A DNA stretch of 64,000 nucleotides from Candidatus Bathyarchaeota archaeon (GTDB lineage: Archaea > Thermoproteota > Bathyarchaeia > TCS64). Below the pieces are notes generated by a model, which searched no databases, was not told where the DNA came from, and saw only the letters and a program-made list of their open reading frames with translations. How positions within the stretch are numbered: position 1 is the stretch's first letter; every line of letters begins with the position of its first letter. Position numbers and translations under genes: made by a program. This document shows positions 29,329-39,312 of this stretch, piece after piece. The stretch covers positions 352,001-416,000 of the forward strand of contig CAVYLP010000006.1 of the NCBI GenBank assembly GCA_963769425.1. Reading direction: 5' to 3'.

Positions 29329-29682
29329 ATGGAAGCCCTCAACGTCAACTGGGTGGAGCGCAGCGAGAAGACCCTGGAGGAGCTTAAGAAGCTCATGGAG
29401 AAGAAGGACCAGGACCGCCTCGACAGAGTGCGCGCCATGCGCTTCGCCTTCATGGCCCTCGGCCAGAGCCTAGCGGGCTGGATGCAGTGGGTCAACAGCC
29501 CCGAGGTGATGAGTAACTTCACCAAGGAGGAGCTTGAGGAGATGAGCCAGACCCTCATGGGTATGGTTGAGAAGTTCATAAAGTACGACATTGAGATAAC
29601 GGATGAGGGGATGCAGAAGGGTGTTGCCAAGCAGCGCGAGCAGGATATGCTCGGGCAGCCTGGCAACAACTTCGTAATCTAG
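29329..29682 (+). CDS. DUF2153-like archaeal protein
   Basis: DRLD.V.....AF.....SL.GW.QW...P.VM..F..EEL pattern. Confidence 0.75.
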   Translation: MEALNVNWVERSEKTLEELKKLMEKKDQDRLDRVRAMRFAFMALGQSLAGWMQWVNSPEVMSNFTKEELEEMSQTLMGMVEKFIKYDIEITDEGMQKGVAKQREQDMLGQPGNNFVI

Positions 29683-30077
29683 CCTAGCTTCTTGCCCGCG
29701 CCTTCGCCACCGCTCCCCTGGTAGATTTCCTCGATGGAGCAGACAACCGCGGCCTTGCCTGGGAACTGGCGGGTGCCGCTCGTCGCCATCTTCCTGATCT
29801 GCTCGTATCGCTGACCAGTCATCTCCCAGTGGACGCGGCACTTGATCTGGTAGCTCTTCCCATCCGCGTAGCCGTTGAAGGCGACTATGGGGTTCTCCTC
29901 CAGGTTCGCCTTCGTCTTGTTCAGGTAGTTGTCGGAGACTACGAGGGTCTCGTCGTCGGCCCAGTACCACATGCCGACGAGGATGACGTTCGGGCGCGCC
30001 TTTTTGTCCGCGGTAGCCATGGGGATGACGCGTTGCTTCTCGAATGCGGCCTTGATTTCGGGTGAAACCTTTACCAT
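29679..30077 (-). CDS. Pyridoxamine 5'-phosphate oxidase-like flavin-binding protein
   Basis: ATADK..RPNV, DNYLNKTKANLEENP, SYQIK. Confidence 0.85.
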   Translation of the reverse strand: MVKVSPEIKAAFEKQRVIPMATADKKARPNVILVGMWYWADDETLVVSDNYLNKTKANLEENPIVAFNGYADGKSYQIKCRVHWEMTGQRYEQIRKMATSGTRQFPGKAAVVCSIEEIYQGSGGEGAGKKLG

Positions 30078-30166
30078 GATTATCCCTCTGTGTGGCGCAA
30101 CGCGCCGTGATAAGCGTTGGGAGCCAAGTCTCATCTATCACAAGGGCATCAATCAACTCGATCCCC

Positions 30167-31180
30167 TTGGACGAATACCCCCTCAGACTCCACAATCAGA
30201 CACTCGTTGTCGACACACACTGCGACACCCTGAAGTGCCTCCTCCCCCAGTTCACGCGCCCACGCAACAGCATGTGGCAAGACAGGAGCAATGTAGGCTT
30301 CGGCACGAGGTCGAAGCTCGGCCACATAGACCTACCCCGCCTCAAGGAGGGCGGCGTCGATTGCCAAGTCTTCGCCATAAGCAGCGAGAGGGACCCGACC
30401 CCCGCCTACCCCCTCCGCACCGCCATGGAGATGATCGATGCATTCTACACCGAGTGCGAAAAGTACCCCAAGCTTGTCCAGCCCGTCAGCAGCTACGCTG
30501 AGATAATTCAGGCAAACGAGGATGGAAAGATCGCCGCGATGCTCAGCATCGAGGGTGCAGACGTCCTCGAGGGGCGCCTAAGCATGCTCAGGATCTATCA
30601 CCGCCTCGGGGTGAGGATGGTCGGCCTCGTCCATAGTCTCCGCAACCTCCTAGCAGACGGCGTCGCGGACAACCGCACAAAGGGCGGACTAAGCCAGTTC
30701 GGTGTTGAGGTCGTCGGGGAGCTTAACAGGCTCGGCATGATCGTGGATGTGAGTCACCTGAGCGACGCGGGCTTCTGGGACGTGATGGAGGCATCCAAGG
30801 ACCCCGTCGTAGCGAGCCACAGCAACTCGCGCGCCGTCTGCCCCCACCCACGCAACATGACCGACGACATGATCAGGGCACTCGCCGAGCACGGCGGAGT
30901 AATGGGGATGAACTTCGCCAACGCCTTCGTCCACGAGACAAACCCAAGCGTCGAGACGCTTGTAGATCATATCGACCACATAGTTGATCTCGTTGGGCCG
31001 GAGCACGTCGGCATCGGAAGCGACTTCGACGGCATCCCCTCCACCCCGAGGGGACTAGAAGACGCCTCCAAGATGCCCGCCTTAACTGAGGAGTTAGTAA
31101 AGCGCGAGTACTCGGAGGACTACATCCACCTCATCCTCGGGGGCAACCACCTCAGACTCGTCAAACAGGTCGTCGGCTGA
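30167..31180 (+). CDS. Membrane/renal dipeptidase family (M19)
   Basis: VDTHCD, LSIEG, DVSH, ASHSN, RNMTD, GSDFDG. Confidence 0.92.
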   Translation: MDEYPLRLHNQTLVVDTHCDTLKCLLPQFTRPRNSMWQDRSNVGFGTRSKLGHIDLPRLKEGGVDCQVFAISSERDPTPAYPLRTAMEMIDAFYTECEKYPKLVQPVSSYAEIIQANEDGKIAAMLSIEGADVLEGRLSMLRIYHRLGVRMVGLVHSLRNLLADGVADNRTKGGLSQFGVEVVGELNRLGMIVDVSHLSDAGFWDVMEASKDPVVASHSNSRAVCPHPRNMTDDMIRALAEHGGVMGMNFANAFVHETNPSVETLVDHIDHIVDLVGPEHVGIGSDFDGIPSTPRGLEDASKMPALTEELVKREYSEDYIHLILGGNHLRLVKQVVG

Positions 31181-31310
31181 CCCCGCTCGGCTGACAAAGC
31201 TTATACCAACCAGATAGAAACCCTATGAAAGGCGATGAGGCTCGCCTTCAACCGCGTCCACCTTGGACGCTGATGGCTTCTACAAGAATAACTCAAAAAA
31301 GATGAGAAAA

Positions 31311-32501
31311 ATGACTGAAACTGAGAACTTGAGAAGGAAGGCTTACCTCGCAATAATGCTGATGGGCGTCGTCAGCATGCTGGGTGACATCGTCTACGAG
31401 TCGGGGAGGGGTATCGCTCCGGACTACCTCTACTTCCTCGGGGCCTCCGCCCTGCTCGTTGGGTTGACCTCCGGCGTAGGCGAGCTCATCGGCTACGGCA
31501 TGAGGCTCGTCAGCGGCCCACTCGCGGACCGCTCCCACGCCTACTGGGTATTCATCTTCCTCGGCTACGGCCTCATCCTCGCCATCCCGCTGATGGGGTT
31601 CACGAACAGCATCTGGCTCGTTATGGGCTTCCTCATATTGGAGAGGCTTGGGAAGGCGCTCAGGTCTCCGTCGCGTGACGCCGTCGTCTCAGTCATCAGC
31701 AAGGGCATCGGCTCGGGGAAGGCATTCGGTCTCCACGAGTTCATAGACCAGATCGGCGCCGTTGTCGGCCCCGCCTTCCTCGGGCTAATGATGCTGTGGA
31801 GCGGGAACAACTTCCAATTCTCACTCCAGACGCTCCTGCCCTTCTACCTACTCATGATGGTGGCCCTCTACCTAACCTACAGGAGGATCGGCGGCACCGT
31901 CGACGAGATCAGGAGGAAGAGCAGCAACGCGAAGGGTAGCCTCGGTAAGGGGTTCTGGATGTACACGGGTGCGGTCCTCTTCAACACGATGGGGCTACTC
32001 CCCGTCGCGCTGATACTCTACAACGGCGCCAAGCTCCTCGAGGCGGGCGGGCAGCTCTGGCTCGTACCCTTCCTCTACGTCATCGTCCAGCTCGTGGACG
32101 CGCCCATGGCTCTGGTCTCGGGCTACATATACGACAAGATCGGGGTCAAGTTCCTCGTCGTCCCCTTCGCACTCTCAGTGCTGCCCCTAGTCTTCTCCTC
32201 GCTCATCGGCCTGCCCGGCGTTATACTAGCCTGCATAGCCTACGGCCTCGTGCTCGGGATGCAGGAGTCCATTTACCGTGCTGCTGTGACCGACATGGTG
32301 CCACTCGGGAGGAGGGGCTCCGCCTACGGCTTCTTCAACGTCGTCCTTGGCGTCGGGACATTCATCGGCGGGGCCGCCTTCGGCTACATGCTCGACAACT
32401 CCATCTCATTCCTATTCATGCTCGGCTTCGTCATAGTAGCCCAAGCGGTGGCAGTAATACTACTCCTAAACGCTAAACACGAGAAACACACAGACAACTA
32501 A
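31311..32501 (+). CDS. MFS transporter
   Basis: About 12 TM segments, SGPLADR, ERLGKALRSP.RD. Confidence 0.9.
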   Translation: MTETENLRRKAYLAIMLMGVVSMLGDIVYESGRGIAPDYLYFLGASALLVGLTSGVGELIGYGMRLVSGPLADRSHAYWVFIFLGYGLILAIPLMGFTNSIWLVMGFLILERLGKALRSPSRDAVVSVISKGIGSGKAFGLHEFIDQIGAVVGPAFLGLMMLWSGNNFQFSLQTLLPFYLLMMVALYLTYRRIGGTVDEIRRKSSNAKGSLGKGFWMYTGAVLFNTMGLLPVALILYNGAKLLEAGGQLWLVPFLYVIVQLVDAPMALVSGYIYDKIGVKFLVVPFALSVLPLVFSSLIGLPGVILACIAYGLVLGMQESIYRAAVTDMVPLGRRGSAYGFFNVVLGVGTFIGGAAFGYMLDNSISFLFMLGFVIVAQAVAVILLLNAKHEKHTDN

Positions 32502-32691
32502 TCCCAGGGATCACATTGGAGTCGTACACGATAGCGCTGATCGGGTCGGGCGGGGTGTAGGGCCCCACAATGATCCCCGCGATGATGTAGCCCACGACGA
32601 GTAGCTGGTTGAGACGGTAGAAGATGAACGAGACGACTGCCGCGAGGATCAGTATGATCGCGAGGTCCTATACGAGGAGAGCCTCGATCAT
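32502..32691 (-). pseudogene. Truncated CPA2/Kef-type cation:proton antiporter fragment
   Basis: MIEALLV*DLAIILILAAVVSFIFYRLNQLLVVGYIIAGIIVGPYTPP; TAG at codon 8 and similarity ends after about 50 codons. Confidence 0.7.
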
Positions 32692-32759
32692 GGTTTGGAC
32701 TATCGCGGCATGTTATTTAAAATAGGCTAAAAAAGCTGAGCCGATACTAGCGGGGAGGT

Positions 32760-34406
32760 TTACTCCTCGTCGCCGCCGGGGGGCATGCCGGGGCCGTGGC
32801 CGCCGGGGCCTCCTGGGCCGCCGCCGCTCTTCGCGGCGACCACGTCGTCGATCCTCAGGATCATGCTGGCGACCTCTATGCTGCTCTTGATCGCCTGCTG
32901 CTTGACCACCATGGGCTCGACCACGCCCTCCTTGAGCATGTCGATGACGCCGCCCTCGAAGACGTTGACGCCCATCTTGGAGCCGTTCTTCTTCTCGTGG
33001 GCAGCCTTCATCGCCACCATCGTGTCGAGGAGGTCTAGGCCCGCGTTCTCCGCGAGCGTCCTAGGAATTACCTCGAGCGCGTCGGCGAATGCCTCGATGG
33101 CGAGCTGCTCCCGCCCGCCGACCTGGCGCGCGTATGCGCGAACCTCCTTCGATAGCTCCATCTCGATCGCGCCGCCGCCGGGCACCATCTTGGGCAACTC
33201 GGCCACGTCGCTCACAACGTAGAGCGCGTCGTTGAGGCTCCTCTCCGCCTCGTCGATCATCCTCTCCAACCCTGCGCGGATGAAGATGGCGACGCTCGCG
33301 GGGTTCTTGCACTCCTCGACGAAGATCATCTTGTCGTTTCCGACCTTCCTCTCCTCGACGAGACCGCAGACCCCGAGGTCCGCCTTCTTCAGGTCCTTGA
33401 GGTTGTTGACGATCTTGCCTCCGGTCGCCTTGGCGAGCTTCTCCATGTCGCTCTCCTTGAGGCGACGAGCCGCCATGATCCCCGCCTTGGCGAGGAAGTG
33501 CTGGGCGACGTCGTCGATCCCCTTCTGGCAGAGCAGCACGTTAGCGCCCGATGCCGCGACCTGATCAACCATCTTCTTCAGCATCTCGGTCTCCTGGTCC
33601 AGGAAGGCCTTGACGCCGTCTGGGGTTTTTATCCTGATTTCGGCGTCGATCTCGGTCTTCTCAATCTCCATCGCGGCGTTGAGGAGGGCGATCTTAGCGT
33701 TCTTGAGCTTCTTTGGCATCCCGTCGTGGACTACCTCCTTGTCGACGATTATGCCCTTGATGAGCGCGGTCTCCTTGAGGCTCTTACCCTCCTTCTTCAC
33801 GATCTGGACGTTTTCAACGTCGGCAATGACCACGCCGTCGCGCGTCTCGATGATCTGCTTGATCGCGTCTACGACAACTCCCGCTAGGTGGAGCCTGTCG
33901 CTGCTGACCGCCTTGCTCCTCATCGAGGTGCTGGCGAGCTTGATCAGGGTCTCCCTGTCCTCCATGTCGACAGGGATGGCGACCTTGGCGAGCACCTCTA
34001 GGGCCTTGTCTGCGGCCTTCTGGTACCCGCTTATGACGATGCTTGGGTGGATCTCCTGTTCGAGCAGCTCGTCCGCCTTTTTCAGCAGCTCGCCTGCGAA
34101 GATGACCGCGGTGGTTGTGCCGTCGCCGACCTCCTTGTCCTGGGTCTTGGCGACCTCGATTATCATCTTGGCTGCGGGGTGCTGTACGTCGATCTCCTCG
34201 AGTACCTTTGCGCCGTCGCTCGTGATGGTGATGTCGCCGAGGCTGTCGACGAGCATCTTGTCCATGCCGCGGGGGCCGAGGGTCGTCTTGAGCACCTCGG
34301 CTACTATCTGCCCCGCCATCATGTTGCTGCGGCGTGCGTCCCGTCCGCGGCTCCTCTTCGTGTCCTCCTTGAGGACTATGACCTGCTGATTACCTTGGTA
34401 TGCCAT
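32760..34406 (-). CDS. Thermosome (group II chaperonin) subunit
   Basis: [23 protein letters not shown], Gly/Pro-rich tail. Confidence 0.97.
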   Translation of the reverse strand: MAYQGNQQVIVLKEDTKRSRGRDARRSNMMAGQIVAEVLKTTLGPRGMDKMLVDSLGDITITSDGAKVLEEIDVQHPAAKMIIEVAKTQDKEVGDGTTTAVIFAGELLKKADELLEQEIHPSIVISGYQKAADKALEVLAKVAIPVDMEDRETLIKLASTSMRSKAVSSDRLHLAGVVVDAIKQIIETRDGVVIADVENVQIVKKEGKSLKETALIKGIIVDKEVVHDGMPKKLKNAKIALLNAAMEIEKTEIDAEIRIKTPDGVKAFLDQETEMLKKMVDQVAASGANVLLCQKGIDDVAQHFLAKAGIMAARRLKESDMEKLAKATGGKIVNNLKDLKKADLGVCGLVEERKVGNDKMIFVEECKNPASVAIFIRAGLERMIDEAERSLNDALYVVSDVAELPKMVPGGGAIEMELSKEVRAYARQVGGREQLAIEAFADALEVIPRTLAENAGLDLLDTMVAMKAAHEKKNGSKMGVNVFEGGVIDMLKEGVVEPMVVKQQAIKSSIEVASMILRIDDVVAAKSGGGPGGPGGHGPGMPPGGDEE

Positions 34407-34416
34407 CTTGTTTCAC

Positions 34417-36087
34417 CTACATCATGGGGGGCATGCCACCCATGCCTCCCATACCGCCCATTCCACCACCCATGCCCTCTGCGCCAGGTGGCGGGCCCTT
34501 GCTCTTCGTGGACGCGATCACGTCGTCTATCTTGAGGAGCAGCGTTGCCGCCTCGGTGGCGGACTTTATAGCCTGCGCCTTGACGACCATAGGCTCGATG
34601 ACCTCGAGCTTCTCCATGTCCGCTATCTTACTCTCGAGTGCCTCGACTCCGGCCCACTTCTCGCCCTTGGCGTGGCGACTCTGGAGCTCTGCCATGGCGT
34701 CGATGGGGTCCATGCCAGCGTTCTCTGCCAGGGTCGTGGGGATGACCTCGATGGCGTCCGCGAATGCGGCTACCGCGAGTCTTTCCCTGCCCTTGAGCTT
34801 CTCGGCGTATGCCCTGAGCTTCCTAGCGATCTCGATGTCGACGGCGCCTCCGCCGGCGACTATCTTGGGCTCCTCAACGACATCCTTGACTACGCAGAGG
34901 GCATCATGCATGCTCCTCTCTGCCTCGTCTACGATCCTCTCAGTGCCGCCGCGTATGAGTATGCTCACGGCCTTCGGGTTCTTACAGCCCTCGACGAAGA
35001 TGAGCTTGTCCGAGCCGATCTTCTTCTCCTCGACGGAGTCGGCGTAGCCGGCATCTGATGCGGAGAGTTCGTCGACGCTGCTGACGACCTTGGCGCCCGT
35101 CGCCTTGGCGAGGGCCTCCATGTCGCTCTTCTTGAGCCTGCGAGCGGCCATTATGCCCTCGCGTGCGAGGAAGTGTTGCACCATGTCGTCGATGCCCTTC
35201 TGACAGAGGAGCACGTTGATACCCGCGCCCTTCACCTTGGCGACCATGTCGCGGAGCATCTTCTCCTCCTCGTCGAGGTATGCCTGCATCTCGTCGGGGG
35301 ACTCAATGCTGATCTTGCTGGTGAACTCGGTCTTCTCGATCTCCATCGCGGCGTCGAGGAGGCCGATCTTCGCCTTGTGGACGTGCCTAGGCATGTCGCT
35401 GTGGGCGACCTCCTTGTCGATGACGAGGCCCTTTATCATGGCGGTGTCCGTCATGGAGCCGCCGGGCTTCTTCTCGACCTTGATCATGTCGAGGTCGACC
35501 TTCCAGCCACCGTTCGACTCCTCGGCGACTTGGAGGACCGCGTCGACCGCGACCTCGGATAGATAGCCACTGTGGCTGCTGACGAGCTTCGTCGACATCG
35601 TGGTCTTGGCGACCCGCTTCAAGGTCTCCCTGTCCTTGGGCTTGACCTTTATGGCGATCTCTTCGAGGATCTTCAGAGCCTGCTCCTGGGCGTCCCTGTA
35701 GCCGTCGATGATGACAGTCGGGTGGACCTTCTTCTCCATAAGGTCCGACGCCTTGCCGAGGAGCTCGCCCGCGAGCACGACAACGGTCGTTGTGCCGTCG
35801 CCCACCTCGGTGTCCTGTGTCTTCGAGACCTCAACCATCATCTTGGCAGCGGGATGCTGGATGTCCATCTCCTTCAGCATAGTCGCGCCATCGTTCGTGA
35901 TGGTGACGTCGCCGAAGCTGTCGACGAGCATCTTATCCATTCCCTTGGGGCCGAGGCTCGTCTTAACGGCCTCAGCTACGATCCTCGCGGCCATGATGTT
36001 GTTGCCGCGAGCGTCGTTGCCCGTGTTCCTCTCGGTTCCTTCCTTGAGGATGTATATGGGCTGATTTCCTCCACCTTGTGCACTCAT
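34417..36087 (-). CDS. Thermosome (group II chaperonin) subunit
   Basis: [20 protein letters not shown]-repeat tail. Confidence 0.97.
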   Translation of the reverse strand: MSAQGGGNQPIYILKEGTERNTGNDARGNNIMAARIVAEAVKTSLGPKGMDKMLVDSFGDVTITNDGATMLKEMDIQHPAAKMMVEVSKTQDTEVGDGTTTVVVLAGELLGKASDLMEKKVHPTVIIDGYRDAQEQALKILEEIAIKVKPKDRETLKRVAKTTMSTKLVSSHSGYLSEVAVDAVLQVAEESNGGWKVDLDMIKVEKKPGGSMTDTAMIKGLVIDKEVAHSDMPRHVHKAKIGLLDAAMEIEKTEFTSKISIESPDEMQAYLDEEEKMLRDMVAKVKGAGINVLLCQKGIDDMVQHFLAREGIMAARRLKKSDMEALAKATGAKVVSSVDELSASDAGYADSVEEKKIGSDKLIFVEGCKNPKAVSILIRGGTERIVDEAERSMHDALCVVKDVVEEPKIVAGGGAVDIEIARKLRAYAEKLKGRERLAVAAFADAIEVIPTTLAENAGMDPIDAMAELQSRHAKGEKWAGVEALESKIADMEKLEVIEPMVVKAQAIKSATEAATLLLKIDDVIASTKSKGPPPGAEGMGGGMGGMGGMGGMPPMM

Positions 36088-36188
36088 TCAATCATCTCAT
36101 TGATATTAAGCGACACCCCGATGGCGGGAGTATCCACGAAAACGAAGCATATAGTTGATTCAATATTCACCATCGGTGTACCACTTCT

Positions 36189-36236
36189 GGTTGTAAACCG
36201 ACAGTTGTATACCTGCTACAATAAAAAACCTTTCGA
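36189..36236 (-). promoter_or_regulatory. Thermosome promoter (BRE/TATA) with a candidate heat-shock operator
   Basis: Minus-strand CGAAAGG-TTTTTTAT, followed by GGTTGTAAACC (36189-36199) and AGTTGTATACC (36203-36213) as read on the + strand. Confidence 0.65.
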
Positions 36237-36250
36237 TAGCCTAGAGTAGG

Positions 36251-36964
36251 TCACGTGTTCAGGCTTATAACATTCTCGTCCCGGATGACGAGGCCCTCCT
36301 TCTCAAGCTCAGAAACCACATCACGTACGTCGGCCTCCTTCAGCTGGAAGGTCTTGCTCAGCGCCTCGACGCTGGTGGGGCCTAAGTCTAGAAGGCGCTG
36401 AATGATCTGCTGTTTTATCCGGTCCAGCTCCTCCACAGCTCCTTGGGCGGCCCCGAGTGCCAGGTTGCGTATGTAGAGTAGCCTTGCGCGCCTCTTCTCG
36501 AGACCCTCAAGCTCGTCGTCTATCAACTCGACTATCTGGCGGAGAGGGGACACGTCCTCGACGTCGAGCTTTTCCTCCTCAATGTCCTTCACCTGCTCCT
36601 CCAGCCTCTCCATGTAGTTGTCCTCCTGTATCCACTGGTGGGGGTTGTTGAAGCTGATGAGCCTCTCGTTGTAGAGGCTCGGACTGAAGTCGATTTGTAG
36701 GCTGTAGAACTTGTTTAGGTGGAAGACGTTCTTGTCGGCGCCTAGGGTGCTCTTCTGGCGGACCACGTCGACTAGCTCCGCGTCCTGTATCACCTTGAGG
36801 TGCTTCGCGGCGAGCTGCTGGTTGATGTTCAGCTCGTTGCTGAGGCGGAGGGTGTAGTCGGGGCCCTCGCTGAGCTTCTTTATGATGTTCCGTCGAACAG
36901 GGTTGCCCAGTACCCCTACTACCTTCTCGAAGTCCTTCCGCTGAGCCCGCTTCTTGTTCGACAC
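36251..36964 (-). CDS. ArsR-like wHTH regulator of the Phr/HSR1 heat-shock regulator type
   Basis: VLGNPVRRNIIKKLSEGPDY...LSNEL..NQQ...KHL, a coiled-coil middle and a second C-terminal HTH. GTG start at 36964. Confidence 0.7.
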   Translation of the reverse strand: MSNKKRAQRKDFEKVVGVLGNPVRRNIIKKLSEGPDYTLRLSNELNINQQLAAKHLKVIQDAELVDVVRQKSTLGADKNVFHLNKFYSLQIDFSPSLYNERLISFNNPHQWIQEDNYMERLEEQVKDIEEEKLDVEDVSPLRQIVELIDDELEGLEKRRARLLYIRNLALGAAQGAVEELDRIKQQIIQRLLDLGPTSVEALSKTFQLKEADVRDVVSELEKEGLVIRDENVISLNT

Positions 36965-36965
36965 T

Positions 36966-37010
36966 GGATGTAAACCAAAGGTTGTAAACCGGTTTGGGGC
37001 ACTTAAATAT
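36966..37010 (-). promoter_or_regulatory. Regulator promoter with candidate autoregulatory operator
   Basis: GGATGTAAACC (36966-36976) and GGTTGTAAACC (36980-36990); minus-strand TATA-like ATATTTAAG at about 37002-37010. Confidence 0.65.
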
Positions 37011-37170
37011 TGTGTGGGAGACTCGAAAACCTTTTTCCGACCACCTACGGAGAGGTTGGCCGTTGGCATCCTAGTCGTCTACTACAGAAGCATGGCTCGA
37101 CTGCCAAGATAGCGACCATGATGATCAAGGCGACAGAGGCCACGGGTCGGGAGCTTATCTCCAGGCTCCA

Positions 37171-38032
37171 CTAGCCGAATATCGACTTCCACCGGTAGGT
37201 CAGGCAGCCGCACTCGTCGGATTCGGGGTCGGTCTCCGCGACTGTGTCGAGGAGTGCCTGCCCCGTCGGCTTCGCCCACATCTGCCTGGAAGTCGCTGAA
37301 GGCCATCTTACCCTCCCACGTCGTGGAGACGCAGCCCTCGCCGTAGTTGGAGACGACCTCGACGCATGCGTAGCAGGCGCCGATCTCGCGGGCGAAGTAT
37401 ATCTCCGGGACGAGGTTCATGGTGACGATGTCGATCCCCGCGTTCGTGTACCTTATCCGCACCTCGTCTGGGGACTCGAGGTGGGGGCCCTCGGCGACGC
37501 CGACGACGCCGCGTTGGAAGACGCGGGGGAACCCCGCCTTCTTCACGTTCATGTAGAGGTTCCTGCTCAGCTCGGGGCAGAAGGCCTGGTGGAGGCGGTA
37601 GCTAGTCCTCTCAACCTCGATGCCCTTCGCCTCGAGGCTCCTGTAGAACGCCTGACATCTCTTCGTCGTGTAGTCGACGAACCCGTCGGGGATGACAGCG
37701 TCAGCTGGGTCGAGCAGCCTGCTGGAGGAGCCGCAGAGGGCGGTGCCGAGTATCTTCTTGACCCCAGCCTTCCAGAGGACGTAGAAGACGCGCTCACCCG
37801 CGCTGTTTGGCTCCGTATTCTTTATGGAGTTGGTTATGCCGTGAAAGGGGACGCTGAGAAACTCGCGCCCGTTGATCCTCGCGTGTGTAAAGGGGGCTGA
37901 AGGCCCAAAGGGGGTGTCGTAGACGACATCCTTCGTGACGACCTCGACGCCTCTGAAGTCCTCGGGGAACTTCGCGTTCATGTTCGCGGAGCCGCCGATT
38001 ACGGCGATCCTGACCTTGGGAATCTCGCTCAT
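37171..38032 (-). CDS. MTAP/PNP-family nucleoside phosphorylase, +1 frameshift near 37289
   Basis: IAVIGGS, TPFGPS, FCPELS, EGPHLES.DE, M..VPE..FARE.G.CY, VSNY. The shifted frame ends ...DECGC..YRWKSIFG*. Confidence 0.8.
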
Positions 38033-38366
38033 GAAGCCTATTCACCCGCGAGAGCGATTAAAGATTGCCCGCGCGCGGGAAAAGCAAGTACCCCGTAATT
38101 CCTTTAGGAATATTCATCCGAAATGGTTAAATGTGAGACTATAAGGCTCGATCTACTCCTAAAACCCCAAAACCTACCCATTTTTGATTACCGTCAATAC
38201 TAGTAAATGCTTGACCATCTCCTAATTATCGCCGCACTATTGTATGTATGGAGATAAGTATTATATACTAGGTGCTGACTGATGCCATACTCTATGGGTC
38301 GCGGAACCCGATTCCGATGATAATCGGAATATTCCGCAGAAGCAAGCTAGGAAAAGGGAAAAAACA

Positions 38367-39290
38367 ATGATAGTCAAAACCGAGCAGAACCAGAGCGACG
38401 TTTGCCCAGAGTGCGGGTCAAAGAATGTTATCATCGACAACGATACCGGCGAGAAGATCTGCGGAGGGTGCGGCCTAGTCATGGCGGACAACATGATGAG
38501 CGACGGCCCTGAGTGGAGAGCCTTCAGCCAGGACGAACGTGAGAGCCGGAGCCGCGTTGGAATGCCTCTGAGCTTCAGCGTGCACGACAAGGGCCTCAGC
38601 ACCATGATCGGGCAGGTCGGCAAGGACGCGTTTGGGCGAACCATCCCCAGCAAGACCATGTTCCAGATGCTCCGCCTCAAGAAATGGCACATAAGGAGTA
38701 GCTACCAGAGCAGCGTCGACCGCAACCTCAGCCACGCCATGACCGAGCTCAGCAGGCTCTGCGACAAGCTACACATCCCAAAGCAGGTCAAGGAGCGCGC
38801 CGCCGTCATCTACAGGAAGGCACTCGAGAAGGGCCTCGTCAGGGGCCGCAGCATCTCAGCCATCGCCGCCGCCAGCCTCTACGCCGCATGCCGCGCCACC
38901 GGCACACCCAGGACCCTACGCGAGCTCGCTAAGGTCTCAACCATCGACAAGAAGGACCTGGCCCGATGTTACAGGCTACTGCTCAGGGAGCTGACCATCC
39001 AGATGCCGATCCCGAAGGCCCAATACAGGGTTCCCAAGATCGCAGCGAAGGTCAACATCGGGGAGAGGACGCAGCAGACAGCCGTCAACCTCCTCGAGCA
39101 GGCGGAGAAGAAGCGCACCACAGCCGGCAAGGACCCTATGGGCCTCGCGGCCGCGGCACTCTACATCGCATGCGTGATGAACGAGGAGAAGCGGACACAG
39201 AAGATGATCGCGGACGCCGCGGGCGTGACCGAGGTCACCATCAGGAACCGCTACAAGGGCCTCAAGGAAGCCCTGAAGCTTGACATCTAA
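38367..39290 (+). CDS. tfb: Transcription initiation factor IIB
   Basis: CPECG..CGGCG zinc ribbon, GPEWRAF, two cyclin repeats, VTEVTIRNRY. Confidence 0.97.
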   Translation: MIVKTEQNQSDVCPECGSKNVIIDNDTGEKICGGCGLVMADNMMSDGPEWRAFSQDERESRSRVGMPLSFSVHDKGLSTMIGQVGKDAFGRTIPSKTMFQMLRLKKWHIRSSYQSSVDRNLSHAMTELSRLCDKLHIPKQVKERAAVIYRKALEKGLVRGRSISAIAAASLYAACRATGTPRTLRELAKVSTIDKKDLARCYRLLLRELTIQMPIPKAQYRVPKIAAKVNIGERTQQTAVNLLEQAEKKRTTAGKDPMGLAAAALYIACVMNEEKRTQKMIADAAGVTEVTIRNRYKGLKEALKLDI

Positions 39291-39312
39291 AACCGAATTT
39301 TTCGGGCAGTTT

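Noticed and set aside
29006-32670. In-frame TAG codons in two fragments as possible pyrrolysine or stop recoding
   Set aside because: Both fragments are otherwise truncated, many full-length genes here end normally in TAG, and no pyl genes are present.
34420-34475. Short imperfect tandem repeats
   Set aside because: They encode the ordinary GGM tail of the chaperonin.
33610-36249. Long antisense ORFs over the thermosome and many other genes
   Set aside because: These are shadow ORFs caused by high GC3 codon bias opposite clear conserved genes.
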